Assembly (NCBI GenBank): GCA_020536535.1
Contig: JAHLWZ010000291.1
Location: 62,001-126,000 of the forward strand
From: Pelomyxa schiedti
Taxonomy: Eukaryota > Protista > Evosea
Length of the DNA stretch: 64,000 nucleotides
Direction: 5' to 3'
Positions 11,509 to 25,682 of the stretch are shown in pieces; position 1 is the first letter of the stretch; each line of letters starts with the position of its first letter. The notes below the pieces were generated by a model. The model had not been told where the DNA came from, searched no databases, and saw nothing but the letters and a program-made list of their open reading frames with translations. The translations under genes and the position numbers were made by a program.

Positions 11509-14500
11509 ATGCATCGGGAGATCTCCGTTGCCCGCTGTGCGTTGGTTGCGCTTGGCGCGGCGCTCGTGGCGTCGGCCGTTCTGCGGCTCCCCCTTTTCTC
11601 GGCGGCGAACCCAAACGACCGGCTCTACGCGTGGAACGTGACCTACGACCCTCCCAAGACCGACGAGACCGTCGCGCTCGGCACGCTCCACGGCGGCGCC
11701 TTTTCGCCGCTCGCCGACTGCTTTCCGCGAAAGTACGTCAGCGGCCACGCGTCGTGCTTCGGGGGCTGGAACCCGACGACGGCGCTGCACTCCCTGAGCG
11801 ACTTTGACGCCGCGGACCTGCACTTCTGGCTGACCTCGGTGAATGTCTCGAGGCTGGCGTGCACTGGAAACCTTAATTGCTCCGTGGACCTGAACATGTA
11901 CATTGCAGATAACGGCGCCTCGTTGGTCGCCACCGCGATAAGCTTCGTCAAGCCAGCTTCTTTGGCCGGGTGCTTTGTCTTTGATACTTTGACGGCAAAG
12001 TACTCGCTGGTGGTGCTGCTGAGGCCGTCGACCGCTGCCGACTCAACCTGCATGAACGAGGGCGCGCAGACGTTCGACTCTCGGCTCTTTGTCGGGATGG
12101 CGTCTGGCGACGACTATGCCTTCTTGTGGGCGGTTGACGCAGTTGAATCTCGCCTATACAAAGTTTGGCCCGCTACTGGGAAATTGGAGGGAATTGGGTG
12201 CAGCCTTGGCATTTCTGTACCTCACCCCAGTGTGGTGCGAGATCAGGCCCTTTTTTACAACCTTACTAGCAGGGAGCTGTTCTACTCAATTGCTACTAAT
12301 GGGACTACAACTGTATGGGAAATAGACGTTCAAACTGGAGAAGTTATTGATAATATGTGGAATATTTCAAATGCGAATCTTCAGGGAATGGCCATGACCA
12401 CCTTCGACCCACCTGTATCCCATGATGCTGGGGATCCTATGTGTCCTGGAGATGCAGGAAACGAAGCCTATGTACCCGCTGGAGTGGCAGCTCTTTTCGC
12501 GCTTTCTGGCATAGGGGAAACTATATTTCGCTTAGACGTACTCCCACCAACAGGGTTCCAACAGAATCAGTCATCTCTCTGTTCCAATACCATGATTTCC
12601 ACATTGGTGGGTGATACAGAGACTGGCAATGACCAACTTTTCTTCTCTGTTGTCAGCTCTGGGTTACTATGGACTGTTGATACATCCACATGCAGCATAT
12701 CCTACATGTCGCTTTCCGGCACATGCCCTACGTTCCTTGAAGTTGTCTTATGTTCCACATGGTCCATTTCCCTAGGAAAACTTCTGGTGATAACGTACCA
12801 AACTATGTTTGGAAACAGCCTCTATGCGATTGATGTTCATGAACTCAAATGTACGTATCTAGGGATGATTGTAGATTCCCTTGCTCGCGACATATATGTC
12901 ATGGGAATCGCTGAAATTGATAAAGTTCTGTTCATCCTAGATCCATCTTTTGGTGGAGGGGATGCCGAACTATTTGTTCTTGATCCTTGTCTTTGCATGG
13001 CTTATTCCAATGCCAGTCTTGGCACTAGTTTTGACGTTGATTCACCCATAAGTATGGACTATGACAATCGCACACATTACCTCTTTATTCATGCCAGCAA
13101 TACGTCGAAACTGAAAGCAGGATATCATGGTGAGATTTTTTCTTACAGTGTTGCTACAGAGTCACTGCGACCAGTGCTCCAGCTTAGCAATGACACTTAT
13201 TGCATTTCTACTATTAGTTGTCCAGTTTATGACCTGCCTTCTCTATCCAGTAGTCACTCCTTCAGTGACCAATCTTCATCTACTAGCCTATCTTTGTCTA
13301 GCAGTACCTCAGGCTCATTCTCTTCTTCACTTTCAACTTCCATCTCCGAGTCAATATCGAAGTCAGTTTCCCAGTCATCCTCTGTGTCAACGTCGACATC
13401 AGCATCTGAATCCAGCTCTGAGTCAATATCAACCTCTGAATCGACATCTAAATCAACTTCCAACTCACATTCTGTGTCCGTTCTCGAGTCATCCTCCCAA
13501 CAAAGTTCCTCGTCTTCTCTGTCAACACCTCCTTTATCAGTATTTGTCTCCTCTCAGTCCTCACAAGAATCTTTACCTTCTTTTTCTGCTGTACTTCTCT
13601 CAAGTGAAGATAAGAAAGATGAGAAGAGCCTAGCGCTTATCATCGGTCTTACTGTATCACTAGGAGGCGCCTTCTTTATAGGGATGGCAGTTTTCGCTTT
13701 TCTTTTTGTTCTCAGGTTTATACTTGGTAACTACCTTGTGCTCACTGCACCAGAAAGAAACGGCAACACGTATCAAGAGACTATGATCTGGACACCTTAC
13801 ATGGTTCTTCTAGCAACAGTGCTTCTCATATCTCTGCTGGCTCTGCCGCTAAAGAAGCAGTGAGACTTTCACGACTCTGCCGACATGATAGCACCATTGA
13901 CCTGGATGGATTCAGGTTATCCAGACTCCAAACTCATTACTAATTCGGCTCCAGACAAGTCCACGCTGAGGAATTTCCTCTTCAGGTTTGTCCTTGAAAT
14001 GTAATTGTCAATCAATAGTAGTGATAGGTTGAACCAGAAGCAACACTTGACTTCGGCCTTGGAGGCCACCAGGAAAGTCATAATACAGTAGCACCTTCTT
14101 TTGATTTCTTTTAGGCAGCTGTTGGGGTTGCGTTGACTCAGGATATCACAATGCAGAACAAAACCAAAAAACCTGTCTTTATGAAAGCTTGTGTTCCCAG
14201 ATCACATAAATACAACGTAGACCTATCTCTGTCAGAACTCACTGTCAAAGCGGTGCACACTTACTCTTTTCTTTCTTTTTTTCATGACATATTTTCAACA
14301 GGGGCAAACTACTACATTAACTGTTACTCTTACTATCCTTTGCACTACGAAACTCGATTCTGAGGTTCTTATACAAACATTTAAAGGTACATCGCGCAAA
14401 TACCTCCATCTAAGTCTTACGAAGGTACCGAAGGAGATCGCACCCCAGATGTAATTAGAACAATTTTACAAACTGTAAATAAAAACCGAAACTTTAGTTA

Positions 14501-16212
14501 CTGTTACCTCTAAAAATCAAAGTCGATTCGATGCTATCCAGTTCCCTTGACTATGAAGAACTTCATGTATGCACTTTCAAGCTTACATTTTACCAACCTT
14601 TAACAACTCACGCTACAGTTGTGTGAACCTGCTATTGGAGAAGGCTCCTTCGGTATAGTATACAAAGGTTGTACTTTCTAGTGCTTTATGTTCCTTAACC
14701 CCCAACAGGTGACTGGTATGAGTGATCAATCTACTTGTATTTTGTTTGTTATTGTTTGACTAGCCATTAAAAGGCGTGGACAGGAAGTGGCAGTCAAAAT
14801 GATCAAGGTTTTTCTTGCCCTGTTGAAACAAACAATTGAAACCTTTTTCCCCAGAATCAACAAGCCGCAACTGAAGAGTTTTTTTCTGAAGGTTTAATTT
14901 TCAATCTGATACTCATACTGACTTGCATAACTCAGTGCGTACACTGGAAGCCATTCGATGTCCACAGGTAGTTTAAACTTCATGACTTCTTTGTTTTTAC
15001 ACCCAATAAAGATTGTTCATTTTATAGGCTCAGTAAAAACCAACGGAAAATTCTCAATTGTTACGGTATTGTATTTTTACTGTCCCTTGACCAACTAATG
15101 GTTTGCAAAGGAATTTTTTGAGCTTGGAAGTTTACATCACTGTAAGTCCTAAACTTGACTAGGATTCTCCATTAACCCCTGATACACAGGCATGAAGAAG
15201 TATCCTTTTTCACTCCCCTTGAAAATCAAGTGCCTTCTTGATTGCAGCCGAGGTACAACGACCAAAAACCTTTCAATAACACTGATACCTCTTCTGTAGG
15301 TATGAACTTTCTTCATCAGAGGTACACAACATCCTACTATGTTCCACTCTACTCATGCTCCACAAAAAGCCAGATGCTGCATCGCGACCTCAAAACTGAG
15401 AATCTGCTTGTTTCTACTATTTGAAAAAAATTCATACAGCCTAATGTTTTAACAAAGGTTGCTACAATGGATATTGCTGCTACTGTGAATTGCAAAATTA
15501 CCGGTTTCGCTTATCATTCTTAAACAATCGCTTATAAGTAATACATTTAGACTTTGGAACTACAAGAGATATCAGTCGTCCTATGGAAACTCAGTTGTAC
15601 ACAACAGGGGTAAAACGTGTCATTTCCGTACCACTTGTTCAATTCATGTACAGATTGGAACACCATCATTCATGCCACCAGTTTCCCTTCCCCTAGTGAG
15701 TATTGCCTCATTAACACCTTTTAGGAACTTCTGGCAAATGGTAAATACAAGGAGACAGCTGATGTGTACAGGTAAAGGACTTAAATAAAACTCATGGAAT
15801 AACTTCGAATCAGCTTCAGTATTATAATGTGGCAGGTGGCTACAGAACAAGAGCCGTATACACAATTCACCAACGTTTGGAGTATGTCCATTGTTACTTC
15901 ATGTTCCCAAGTAAGAACCAATAACTCTAACAGAAATTGTGGACCATGTCACTGCCGGAAATGTAAGGCCTCCTTTGCACCTCCCATTATCTTTACCTTT
16001 CCCCTCTCCTCCCCATTAAGCGATTGCCTTTGGATGGAATACCTGAGGGATTAACAACTCTGATCACAAGGTGCTGGGCTCAGGACCAGCATGATAGACC
16101 ACGTATCAAACAACCAACAAAAAAAAACCTCAACTCATTATCTTCCACAGTCTTCCCTGAAATATGTACCTACTTAGAGGCTCAGTTTGCCAAGGCCAAG
16201 TCTCATGATTGA
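11509..16212 (+). CDS. single-pass receptor-like TKL kinase (beta-rich ectodomain, Ser-rich stalk, TM, juxtamembrane Ig/MSP-like domain, kinase)
   Basis: Signal peptide, Ser/Thr stalk, TM LALIIGLTVSLGGAFFIGMAVFAFLFVL, IGEGSFGIVYKG, VAVK, HRDLKTEN, DFGTTR, GTPSFMPPE, DVYSF, CWAQDQHDRP. Confidence 0.92.
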
Positions 16213-16472
16213 GAACCAATACGGCTAAACTAAGCTAAAGTTTTATTTAATTGTACACACAACACCCGCCAGGCGTTTTTTCACTTTTTAAGATCGCACC
16301 CAGATTTTCGTGGATCGTCGACAGAAGCCAAAAACGGGTCGTTTTCAACTTCAATGAAAAAAACGGACAGGAAACCAAAAAGGCGACACGCAACGGGGTT
16401 GTGCGGGGAAGCGACCAAAGGCGACAACGAGACGGTGGTGTCGAGAAGAAGAAGAAGAAGTAGTTGTTCAGT

Positions 16473-19400
16473 ATGCTGGGGGTTGGGACTGCAGTGTTGG
16501 TTGTGGCATTGTGGTGGCTGATGGACGCGGAGGCGGCTGTGCCCTCCGGACTGTTTGTGGAGATGGACGGATCTCCCGCCATCGAGTCGGGACAAGTCAC
16601 TGCCGAGTTCTTGAATCAATGTACCTTTCCTGCCCTTTTTTTTTTTTTTTTTTTAAATGCTGCCACAGCAGCGTCCATTTTTTTTGATGGCTCTGTGCAC
16701 GTTGGGAATGGCAGATGGGTGTGGCTAGAACCCTCTCAGGCATCTTGTCTTGTATTTCTTTCGTATAGTGTTGTTTCCAGTGAGGGAAGCATCATGACGG
16801 TAATTGCGCGCGTATCCATGGGGCTCACTAACTCCAACACCAAAGGATATAAGTGTGTCAACCTCTCTAAACCAGTCAAACGTCCTTCCATCCATTCCTG
16901 TGGATTTCAGTGTCGCGTTCAATTGTGATCTGCGTGCCATAATAAGAATTGAATTTGTTTTTATCGTGTATCATATTGGAGGCACTATATATGACCCTGT
17001 TTCCCTGCAGTTTTTGAAGGTATTTGCCCTACAGACACTTTCTCGCAATTAACGGAAGTAGAAGTGCCAACTACCTTCATGTGAGCGCACTTGCATTCAT
17101 GGCTACTGTGACCTAAATCTGGCAAGTCACATTTCAGTATTCACTTTACTAACTTCAAAAAAAATGGCCAGGCTGAATGTGTCTGCGATCCTGGGTGGCA
17201 CAATACAGACTGTTCAATATTTTTAGAAACAAATGGTACCTAGGCAGTGGTGGATTGTTCTCACAATTCCTTAGCATCTTGCCCAGGGCAGCCTCTTATT
17301 ATCTCATTTTGGCTGCCTGATAACTACATTACCTATTTGGATTGGTTCGCAATCTATCCAGACCCAATACCAAACCCCTGGTCTCTTTTGGAATGGCGGT
17401 TCGTTTAAGCCTTTCTGGTTACATCTCACCCATCACAGATACTTTTCCAGTTGGAGTGACACTGTTTTGTCCACTGATCCTATCACAGGCAACTTGACAG
17501 GAACTAATCATCTTGATCTTTATTTACCTCCTGGTAATTATTTGGTTGCCATTTTTCTTGGTGACAGGTATGCCTGCCCCATTGGGTGGTGATTTTTTTT
17601 TTTTCTTAATATGATCACCAGCAACGAGTATGTTACCTTAATTCCCTTCACTATTGATGACTGGGTCACATGCAACATTACCTCCACCTATTCAAATCCC
17701 GTATGTGTGCATGGTGCTGTTGACAATGCAACATCCAATTCTTGTGTATGTGAGCCATATTATTTTTGGTGGGATTGTAGTAGAGGATGTGCACTGGAAA
17801 CAACTGTGAATACCATGAGTGGGCTCATAGCCTCAGATGATCCTCCCTCTGCCTATGACCAAATATATCTAACAAACACAAACTGTACTTGGATTTTAAA
17901 CCCGGGGTATGCATGGCCTCCTCACAATTTTTATGTAACACCTTACAAAACAGTTCGTCACACTTCAACTTTAAATTGACACTGGAGATGGTTGACTTTT
18001 TTGATTCTGATTTTGTGATTATATACACTTTGAAAGAGGAGTCTTCCACTCCTCACCAGTTTACGTCAATTGGTTCGGATGCCATATACCCACAAACCTT
18101 CCTCGCAGAGAATGTTCACTCTTTGCGTATTTGGTTCATGTCTGATTATGTGCACACTTCCAAGGGTTTTCGTATGTCATGGACTGCAACTACAGTCAGC
18201 AACAGTAATATGATTGCCGTTAAGTGGAGCATTGGCGTGATATTATTGTGTTTTCAGATTATCCTTACAGCAGTTGTCGCTATCAGAATATACCAATGGC
18301 GAAAAAAGAGGGTTGCCATTATGCCAGAAAATATCGAACTCACGTCTTTACCCTGGAAAAATGCTGAAGAAGAAACTCAACATTTTCTGGAAAGTGGAGT
18401 CATTGGCTGTGAAGGGCTATATGCGAAACCATTAAAACTGTCCTTTGGAATCCCAGAAAGTGTTGCTTTTCCTGTGGGATCAGAAAAAACAGAGATCATC
18501 ACTTTGTTTAATCGAACTCCTTGTGAATATAAGTTCACTTTCTACATTCCTCAGGTGAGCAGATTTTACCTATTCCCCTAAAAATAATCAAGGAACCCCA
18601 CCTTTTTACTTGCCAAGCCAAGCCCGGGCAAGGGAAGTTACCTCCCTTGTCAGCGATTCAAGTACAAGTCAGTTTTCAACTGATGTACACTACGATTTTT
18701 CAACGTTATATGAAAGCCGAAATCACAAGCTCTACTGGGGAACTTATTTCAGTTTTTTTATTTGAAATTGCCTTGAAGGTTTATGAATGTCCAATTGTTT
18801 CATTTTACCATTTAATAGGGAGAAGTTTCTGATAACCTAGATCCAGCTGAATTGACAATTGAAACTGCGCCCGTGGCTTCAGGGGGCTTTGGAGTGGTGT
18901 ACCGTGGAGTTTACAGGAAGCAAATGGTGGCTATTAAGGTGAAAATGGAACTACTTCGGTTGAATAATCACTGTTATAGGTTCCAAAACGGCAGCATAAT
19001 CTTCTTGATTATGAGTTGGCCACATTTGAAAGTGAAGTGAAACTTATGAAAAGGTTCCAGCACTTAGCCACCATTTACCATGGTACTCATGTTCCCTAAT
19101 ACAGGCTACATGGAAAATATATTGTTACTTTCATAGGTTCTACTCTGCCCCTGTCTTACTAATGGAACTTTTTTAATTTTCAATAGGCGCTTCTTTGGTT
19201 CCAGGGAAGCTATGTATTGTAACAGAGGTAAAGGGCTCTTTTGTAACGTTATTTGGAGATAACTGTATCCCAGTTTCACGAGTTGGGTTCTCTATCTCAG
19301 TTCATTCATTCCCCTCAGACTCTTCCTTATGAATTTCAAGTACTGCATTAATTAAAAATCAATTCACTCCTCTTTACATCCTTTAGGTAAAAATAGGTAG

Positions 19401-20805
19401 CTATTTAAATTTGTGCTTGTGCATCCTAATTTCTCCCTAGCCACTGATATTGCTAAGGCTATGCTTTTTTTGCACTCTCACAGTGTCATGTAAAACTATG
19501 TTCACATGATAAGTAATAACCCCTTAATAGATACCGCGACCTGAAGTGCACTAGTATGTAACGCGATTGTTATGCGTGACTAACTCAGTTAAACCTTTAC
19601 TGTGTGACTCCAGATATTTTGATGGTTTCAACATCGCCATCTGCAAAGCTTCACTGTAAATTAACAGATTTTGGTATTACTGCTGTTAATATGTGTAAGT
19701 TCTAATAATGGTACAGGAAGTGCAAAGAATGTACCCACAGTATGTCTTCGAATTTTCTCTCAGCCCCTTTAACCCCTTGTAGTTAGCAGAGTTATTTTCT
19801 CACACAGGTTTCAAGATTCGTACCGTTCAAAGACTAAACTTCTTCCTTTTCACAGGTTGTATTGGTACCCCTGCATACATGTGTGTATTGAGGTAATAAT
19901 TACCAGTGTCTAACATGGTATTAGGGCACCAGAAATGTTGGATAATAAGCTATACAATCACAAGGTTTGTTTATTAAAAGTTGCCTTGAAGAATTAACAG
20001 TTAAAATCAAAAATAGGTTGATGTATATTCGTTTGCAATCATATTTTGGGAAGTTCTTACTCAAGAACACCCATGGGGAACTTCCAAACCTTGGGATATT
20101 CCCCATATGGTGCTCTCCGGATCACGTCCACAATTTCCGGGTATGTAAAAAGAACTACTTTGTTAACTCTTACACCAATTCAGAAGACTGCCAGAGTAAG
20201 GCCCGGGGAATTATTGGTCAATGCTGGCGGGTACAGTTCAATGTCGTTGATTAAACTAAAACATCCACACAGCATGACCCTGAGTCTCGTCCTGAATTCT
20301 CCAGCATCCTGGAATTTTTGAAAGCAATGAATCCCCATAGAAAAGAAAAAAGACACAGTAGTTCGTACATTCTAGTCATTATCCACTGATCATTCTTACA
20401 GAACATAATTCCTGTTTCCCGGCAACACACCAAAATTATCTTGGGGATGCTGCTGATGGATTTGCCAAGTCTCATAAACTGTTACCATTGCTAACAAACA
20501 ACCCACCCAGCATCCCGACATCTCCACACGTGTCCTTCAAAACCCAGAACACCTGTAACAGCAACTACACCGCATATGTGGGTGAGTGTATCGCTCCACA
20601 AAGTTGTGTAAGTGAGCAAACAGACATACAGACATCAACGTCTGTAAAAACCAGCACAACAGCCAGTTGTGGCAGCAGAATGACTGATGTCACAATTCAA
20701 GTGCACCTCAGGTCAGCCACTGGCAGTTTTGACGGCAACCACCACAACAACCATGTACCAGAACCAGATACCCCCACTGGCACAGTATCACCCACAGTAC
20801 TGTAG
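16473..20805 (+). CDS. single-pass receptor-like TKL kinase with EGF-like and CUB ectodomains
   Basis: Signal peptide, EGF motifs CIHGYC..CVCDPGW..DC and CVHG..CVCEPYYFWWDC, CUB (NTNCTWIL..FMSDYVHTSKGF), TM, SGGFGVVYRG, VAIK, YRDLKCTN, DFGSAK, GTPAYMAPE. Confidence 0.92.
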
Positions 20806-20895
20806 AAATATTGCTCCCAAAGTGTATTTAATCCTGTTAAAAAAAAAGAGAAAATTTTGTTTTTTTTTTTTTGTTTGGGGTAAGCCCACAAGGTA

Positions 20896-23363
20896 CTACG
20901 GATTTTGTGTGTTTTGTTTGGGTTTTGTTGTAGTTGGTGGGGTTTGGGTCTGGGTTGTGGTGTTACTTCGACTAGCAGAATTACAAGGAGGTGGTGTGTT
21001 GGTTTTATTATTAGTGTTGGTAGGGGAGTCCATGGGTGGTGTGGTGGTCTCAGTTGTGTGCTCCGCGGTGGGTTGACTGGTTCTTAGTTTTTGGTTTTCT
21101 TCCTGCAAGCGGAGTATCTCCTGGCCCATTATTTCCATGTCATGTTCTGTGTTGCGTTAAAAGGGCAAATTGATGAGTTTGCACCCACTTAGTTGAAAGG
21201 TGTTTAGGATCGATTCTTGTAGTACTGACTGCAGTTTAGAGGTTACTTCTTCCTGCAGTGAAGTCTCGGTCTGTCCTCTCTAATAACGTAGTTTAGCAAG
21301 ACTTCTTTTCGTTAAAAAAGTTTGGTACCCGTTTGGCTCTAGTAGCTCTGTCAATGTCCATAGCTGGGCTCGATCTAGCACCGGGTTTGTGCGCACTGAT
21401 ATAGGCCTGAACCACTTGACCTTTAAGAACAGAAAGCTCTTTCCGGGCCGTTAGCAGTTCTTCTTCGCGTTCCTTGCACTTTATTTATTGCTTGTTAGGG
21501 ATCAGCGGCCACAGTTTAAGAATCTGTTGGAAACAAACTTGCATTTCAAAATAGGTCTTTTCTCCTTGAATTTCACCTATCCTGATCCCGAGTTGGGTGA
21601 GTTCAGATTGAAGTATTGCCTCCTAGGGATTTGTGAATCGCAAACCCAATGATACAGCAAATACTAACATTACCGTGGGTCACTGCCGCAGGAGAACCTG
21701 TTTCAAAAGAAGAACAATTAGTGCAGGTAAGAAATGAATAATAATTTCAACTTGGGAGAAAGGGGTGGAAATAACCTCCCGATTTCTCTGGTTTTTTAGA
21801 GCCGGATGCCGGCTTTGTTGATAGATCTGGGGTCTGTGAGAGTCAAAAAATTTAGTAGGAAAAAATAGATTCGCAACTGATACTTTGGTCTTATTGGAAG
21901 ATGCTTCCAAATCTGCATATTTTTGTTTTATTCCTTCCAATTCTTCAGTTACCGATTTAAGTTTATCTTCCTATTTGTTTCTCACATTTTTGAGTGGGGG
22001 ATTTTTTTACAAACCAACTTGGATTTTCCTTCGTTTACATTGTACATCTCTTCAAGTAAAGATTGCTCTCGCTCTTCTAATTCTTTTGTTGAGACTTCTG
22101 CTAACTCTAACGATTTCTTTAGTGAAGCTATCTGTATATCAGCCTCTTTTTTGACAGATTGTTCCTGGTTATTTTGGTCAAGGGAAAAAGTAGACACAAA
22201 TAAATAAACCAAACCACGTCATGAATTTGTTGGGTTGCAGCAGAGAGTTGCTGTCTCAACTGTGTCAAGTGTTAAAAACCTTATTTGAGTTGGAATGAAC
22301 GAACTTTTTCATTCATCTGGTGAGATTGCTTCAGTTCTTGCAAAACAGTTTCAAGTTGTTTCTGAGATTTTGCATTTCCCTCTATGAAATTTACGCAAAC
22401 ATAATGCAGATGTATAGTACCTTTTTCGGTTTTCAGGGACCGTTGTAGTGGAATAAGTCGTAGTCTTAATTTACAGACTTCAGCCTCCCGCAATTGATAC
22501 AACTCAGCCTCCCGTGCTTTCCATCGCTCTCGTTCAGTTGCAAGCTCAGCTACAGCGACAGAGTGCTTGTTATGCATCTGTGCAAGTTCCTCTTGCAGAT
22601 TATGAATTTCATCAGCCTATGTGTATTGAATAAAAGTAGATGTACAGTATCCTCTACTTGTATTTTGCATGTGGCTTCCAAGGTTTGCAAGGTGTCCACA
22701 TCTTTGACTGCCTTTTTTTTTGTGTTTCTGTTAAAAAAAAAAACCACAACATATAAGTTCTCATACATTTATACTGGGTTCCAGAGAGTCTGGTTGTGCT
22801 GTAGAGATTTCCAATTTGGTTTCATCTGTTACCGGTGAAACCGGCATTGCGGTGGTGTGGGTCACAGTCTCGACCACGGGAATTATGGGAAGCTCCGCCG
22901 GTGGCTCCTCGCCAACGCCGCGCGACCCACTGTGGTCTCGCTCCAGAGCGGCGCCGCCCCCGCCGCCGCCACCATCCGCACCAGCACACGGGCCCGCCGA
23001 CCCCGCCTCTCCTCGCTCGCCGGCGCCGCCACCCGCGCCCGCGTCGCCCCCTCCCGCTCCCTCTCCCTCTGCCTTCCCCACTCCCTCGCCGCTGCAGTCG
23101 GTCCTGGACTCGAGCGCCGCGCTCAGGCCGCCTTCGTGCTCGTCGCGAGTACCGCCGCCGCCACCACCATCGCCCACTGCATCGGAATTAGCAGGCGTAG
23201 CGTCTACGCCAGGCACTTGGTCGTTATCGCCCTGCAACTTCTTGTCCTGGGGCTCAGCTGGAACGGGGACGGACAAAGTCTCTTGGTCTACATTGACCAC
23301 GGCGGCGGGGTCAGGGTTACTAGCAGGGCTTGCTTCGGAATCGTCGTGGTCCGTTGTCATCAT
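20896..23363 (-). CDS. long coiled-coil protein, CCDC186/GRIPAP1-like C-terminus
   Basis: Acidic Gly-rich N-terminus, heptad-rich exons, and a C-terminal motif EEVTSKLQSVLQESILNTFQL..DMEIMGQEILRLQEE resembling the conserved tail of GRIPAP1/CCDC186. Confidence 0.65.
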
Positions 23364-23515
23364 CAGCCAAAATCGACACTTTTATGGGTTTCCCTGAAGT
23401 CTTTGGTGGACTGGTCCGAGAGGTTTGGCAGCAAGCACACCGCAAACAGGGTGGGAAAAGCGGAACCCTGTTTGAGTGCGATCTTTGATCAAGATTCTTC
23501 GGTTTTACATCTTTG

Positions 23516-25682
23516 TCAGAAGAAAGGTGTATCACGGGTCAGTGCAATGCACTCGGCCACAATCGCCTCGTGGGAGGGGGCCACGGCCTTCCAAGACCGG
23601 ATATATGCGTTGTTATAGTTCTCAAGGACTGAGTACTCTACAGCGGGACTGTGTAGCTCAAGGCGGCCTTTTGGGCATTTGGTTCCTTCGCAGCGTCGGT
23701 AAACCTGGCCACACCCGGTGCAGAAGTTCCGTGACATCCAAACAAAACATACATGTTTCCACTCGTACTTTTTTGGGAAGGTTGGATATCGGAAAAACAA
23801 TTGAATGAGGGTACTTTGGTTTGGTCATCAGCTCCCATCTTATTTAATAAGTCACTGAAAACCATTCTCGCCGTATGGGGCCAGGCTCCACTGCTGTTCA
23901 ACAATGCTTGCTTTGTTTGGTTGTTTTTTTTTGTTTGTTTGGTTGGGTTTGTGTTGTGAGAAAAACGAGAAATACATACCTTCCAACAGGAATTGGAACG
24001 CCCTGCATGGTACCTTTATATAAAGAAGAAGATTATATTATTGATTTGAGGTGATGAGGGCCAACCAAAATCGGGAAGTCTGTTGAATCCTCCCAAGGGA
24101 TGGAATATCAAGATGCGCAAGTACTCCGGCAGTTTCTGCTTGGTACAGAGCAGCCATTGCTGTGATCGTGCCATCGATCCTGGCAGTGCAGTTATCAAGC
24201 TATTCTCAAAATCCGGGAGTTTTACTCAACAGATGCAGAAACCATATGTGGTGTTTTTGGGGTTCGATTTGGAGGCAGGTTCTCGAAATCCATGACAGGC
24301 ATGGATGCGCGGAGTATGTCTGTTGGGCCGATAATTTCAGAATATTTTGACACCGAAATGGAGCTCACAGCTCGATTTGGGAACAACTTCAAGTATCCTT
24401 GTATTTGTTAAAAAAAAGGAGGGAAAAAAAAAAAGGAAAAAACACAGACACCTTGGATGTGATCATATTCTGAACTCCCATAGTACCGCCAGAGCTCGTA
24501 ATCTTGACTTGGTAGGACTCCACCCTGTTTTGCCATTTCTGTAACCAATTCACTTTGGTCCAAGATAACACCAAGAATCGTAGGCGTGAAAATGCCTTCG
24601 TAATGATGCAGCTGACACTTGCATGGGGTATTGGGATTTGCACCAAGGGATAAAAATTTCAGGGCCAGATCTCGGTGGTTTCTCATTATCGCCATAAAAA
24701 GTGGTGTTCTTTCATTTCCCGTCTTTGAATTGATTCCTTCAGGGAAATTTGGATGCTTAACGATGATATCAAGAAGCTCTTTGTTGGTTGCACTCCATTG
24801 CGGATACATTGTGGCATACACGAAAGCATTTCCCAGGCCCTTGTGGAACACTTGACACAGATACTGCAAAACCTCTGGACGAGCTTCCTTAAAACAACAG
24901 TACATTGCAATTGGTGTTTGGTTGTCCAGAGCCTCGATTAATTCACTCCCACCCCACTTTTCATTCACCAGCAGCTGTATAGTCTCCAAGTTGTTGCTGC
25001 GTATGGCCAATTCCAGGGGAGAGTCAGGCTGAGGGGGTATTTCACCGTATAGCAACGTAACCCTAGCTGGAATATCACAAGCAGATAGAATCATGTCAAT
25101 GACATCTGGTTGCAGCCTCCTAACACACAAATACAGAGCCGTGACCTTGTTGCCATCTACCATGCACGTCAGCCGTGGATTTGCACGGAACTTTTCCAGC
25201 AAGAATCTCGCCACTTCTACGTGCCCCTCATTCACAGCACAAGCAAATGCAGTCCCCTCATCCCACTGCTGGCTCCAAGTGCAAGCAGTCCCCTGATCCC
25301 ACTGATTCCAAGAGCACTTTGAATCCACAAACAAAGAGGAAAAGGTTTTGTCCCCCCAAAAGGGCCTTTCGTGCCACGCATTGAACACTATATTTAGCTC
25401 CTCGAGGTGCCCAAGAACCGCGCAAACAAAAAGCACATTGAGTCGCACAAAATATTCGGCGCCACGGGCGGCGGACACCTGAGTCTCAATCCGGGACGCG
25501 TCTATCTCATGGCCCACCGGTGTCAGCGCCGCCAGCTTGGCCAATTTTTCGGCTTGGGCCTTGGCCGCCGCTGTGAGGAGCTCGTTGCTCTTCACGACCG
25601 AAATGAGGCTGGACTGTTTGGCGAGGTAATCAGCGGAGCGCTGCTTATGGGTGTCGGTGCTCGCCGTCTGTGTCTGTCCCAT
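23516..25682 (-). CDS. putatively N-myristoylated ankyrin-repeat protein with C-terminal F-box-like motif and small Cys/His knuckle
   Basis: MGQTQTAS start; ankyrin repeats (GTAFACAVNEGHVEVARFLL, SPLELAIRSNNLETIQLLV, RTPLFMAIMRNHRDLALKFLSLGANPN); VLAHLDIPSLGRIQQTSRFWYHAGRSNSCWK; FCTGCGQVYRRCEGTKC. Confidence 0.8.
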
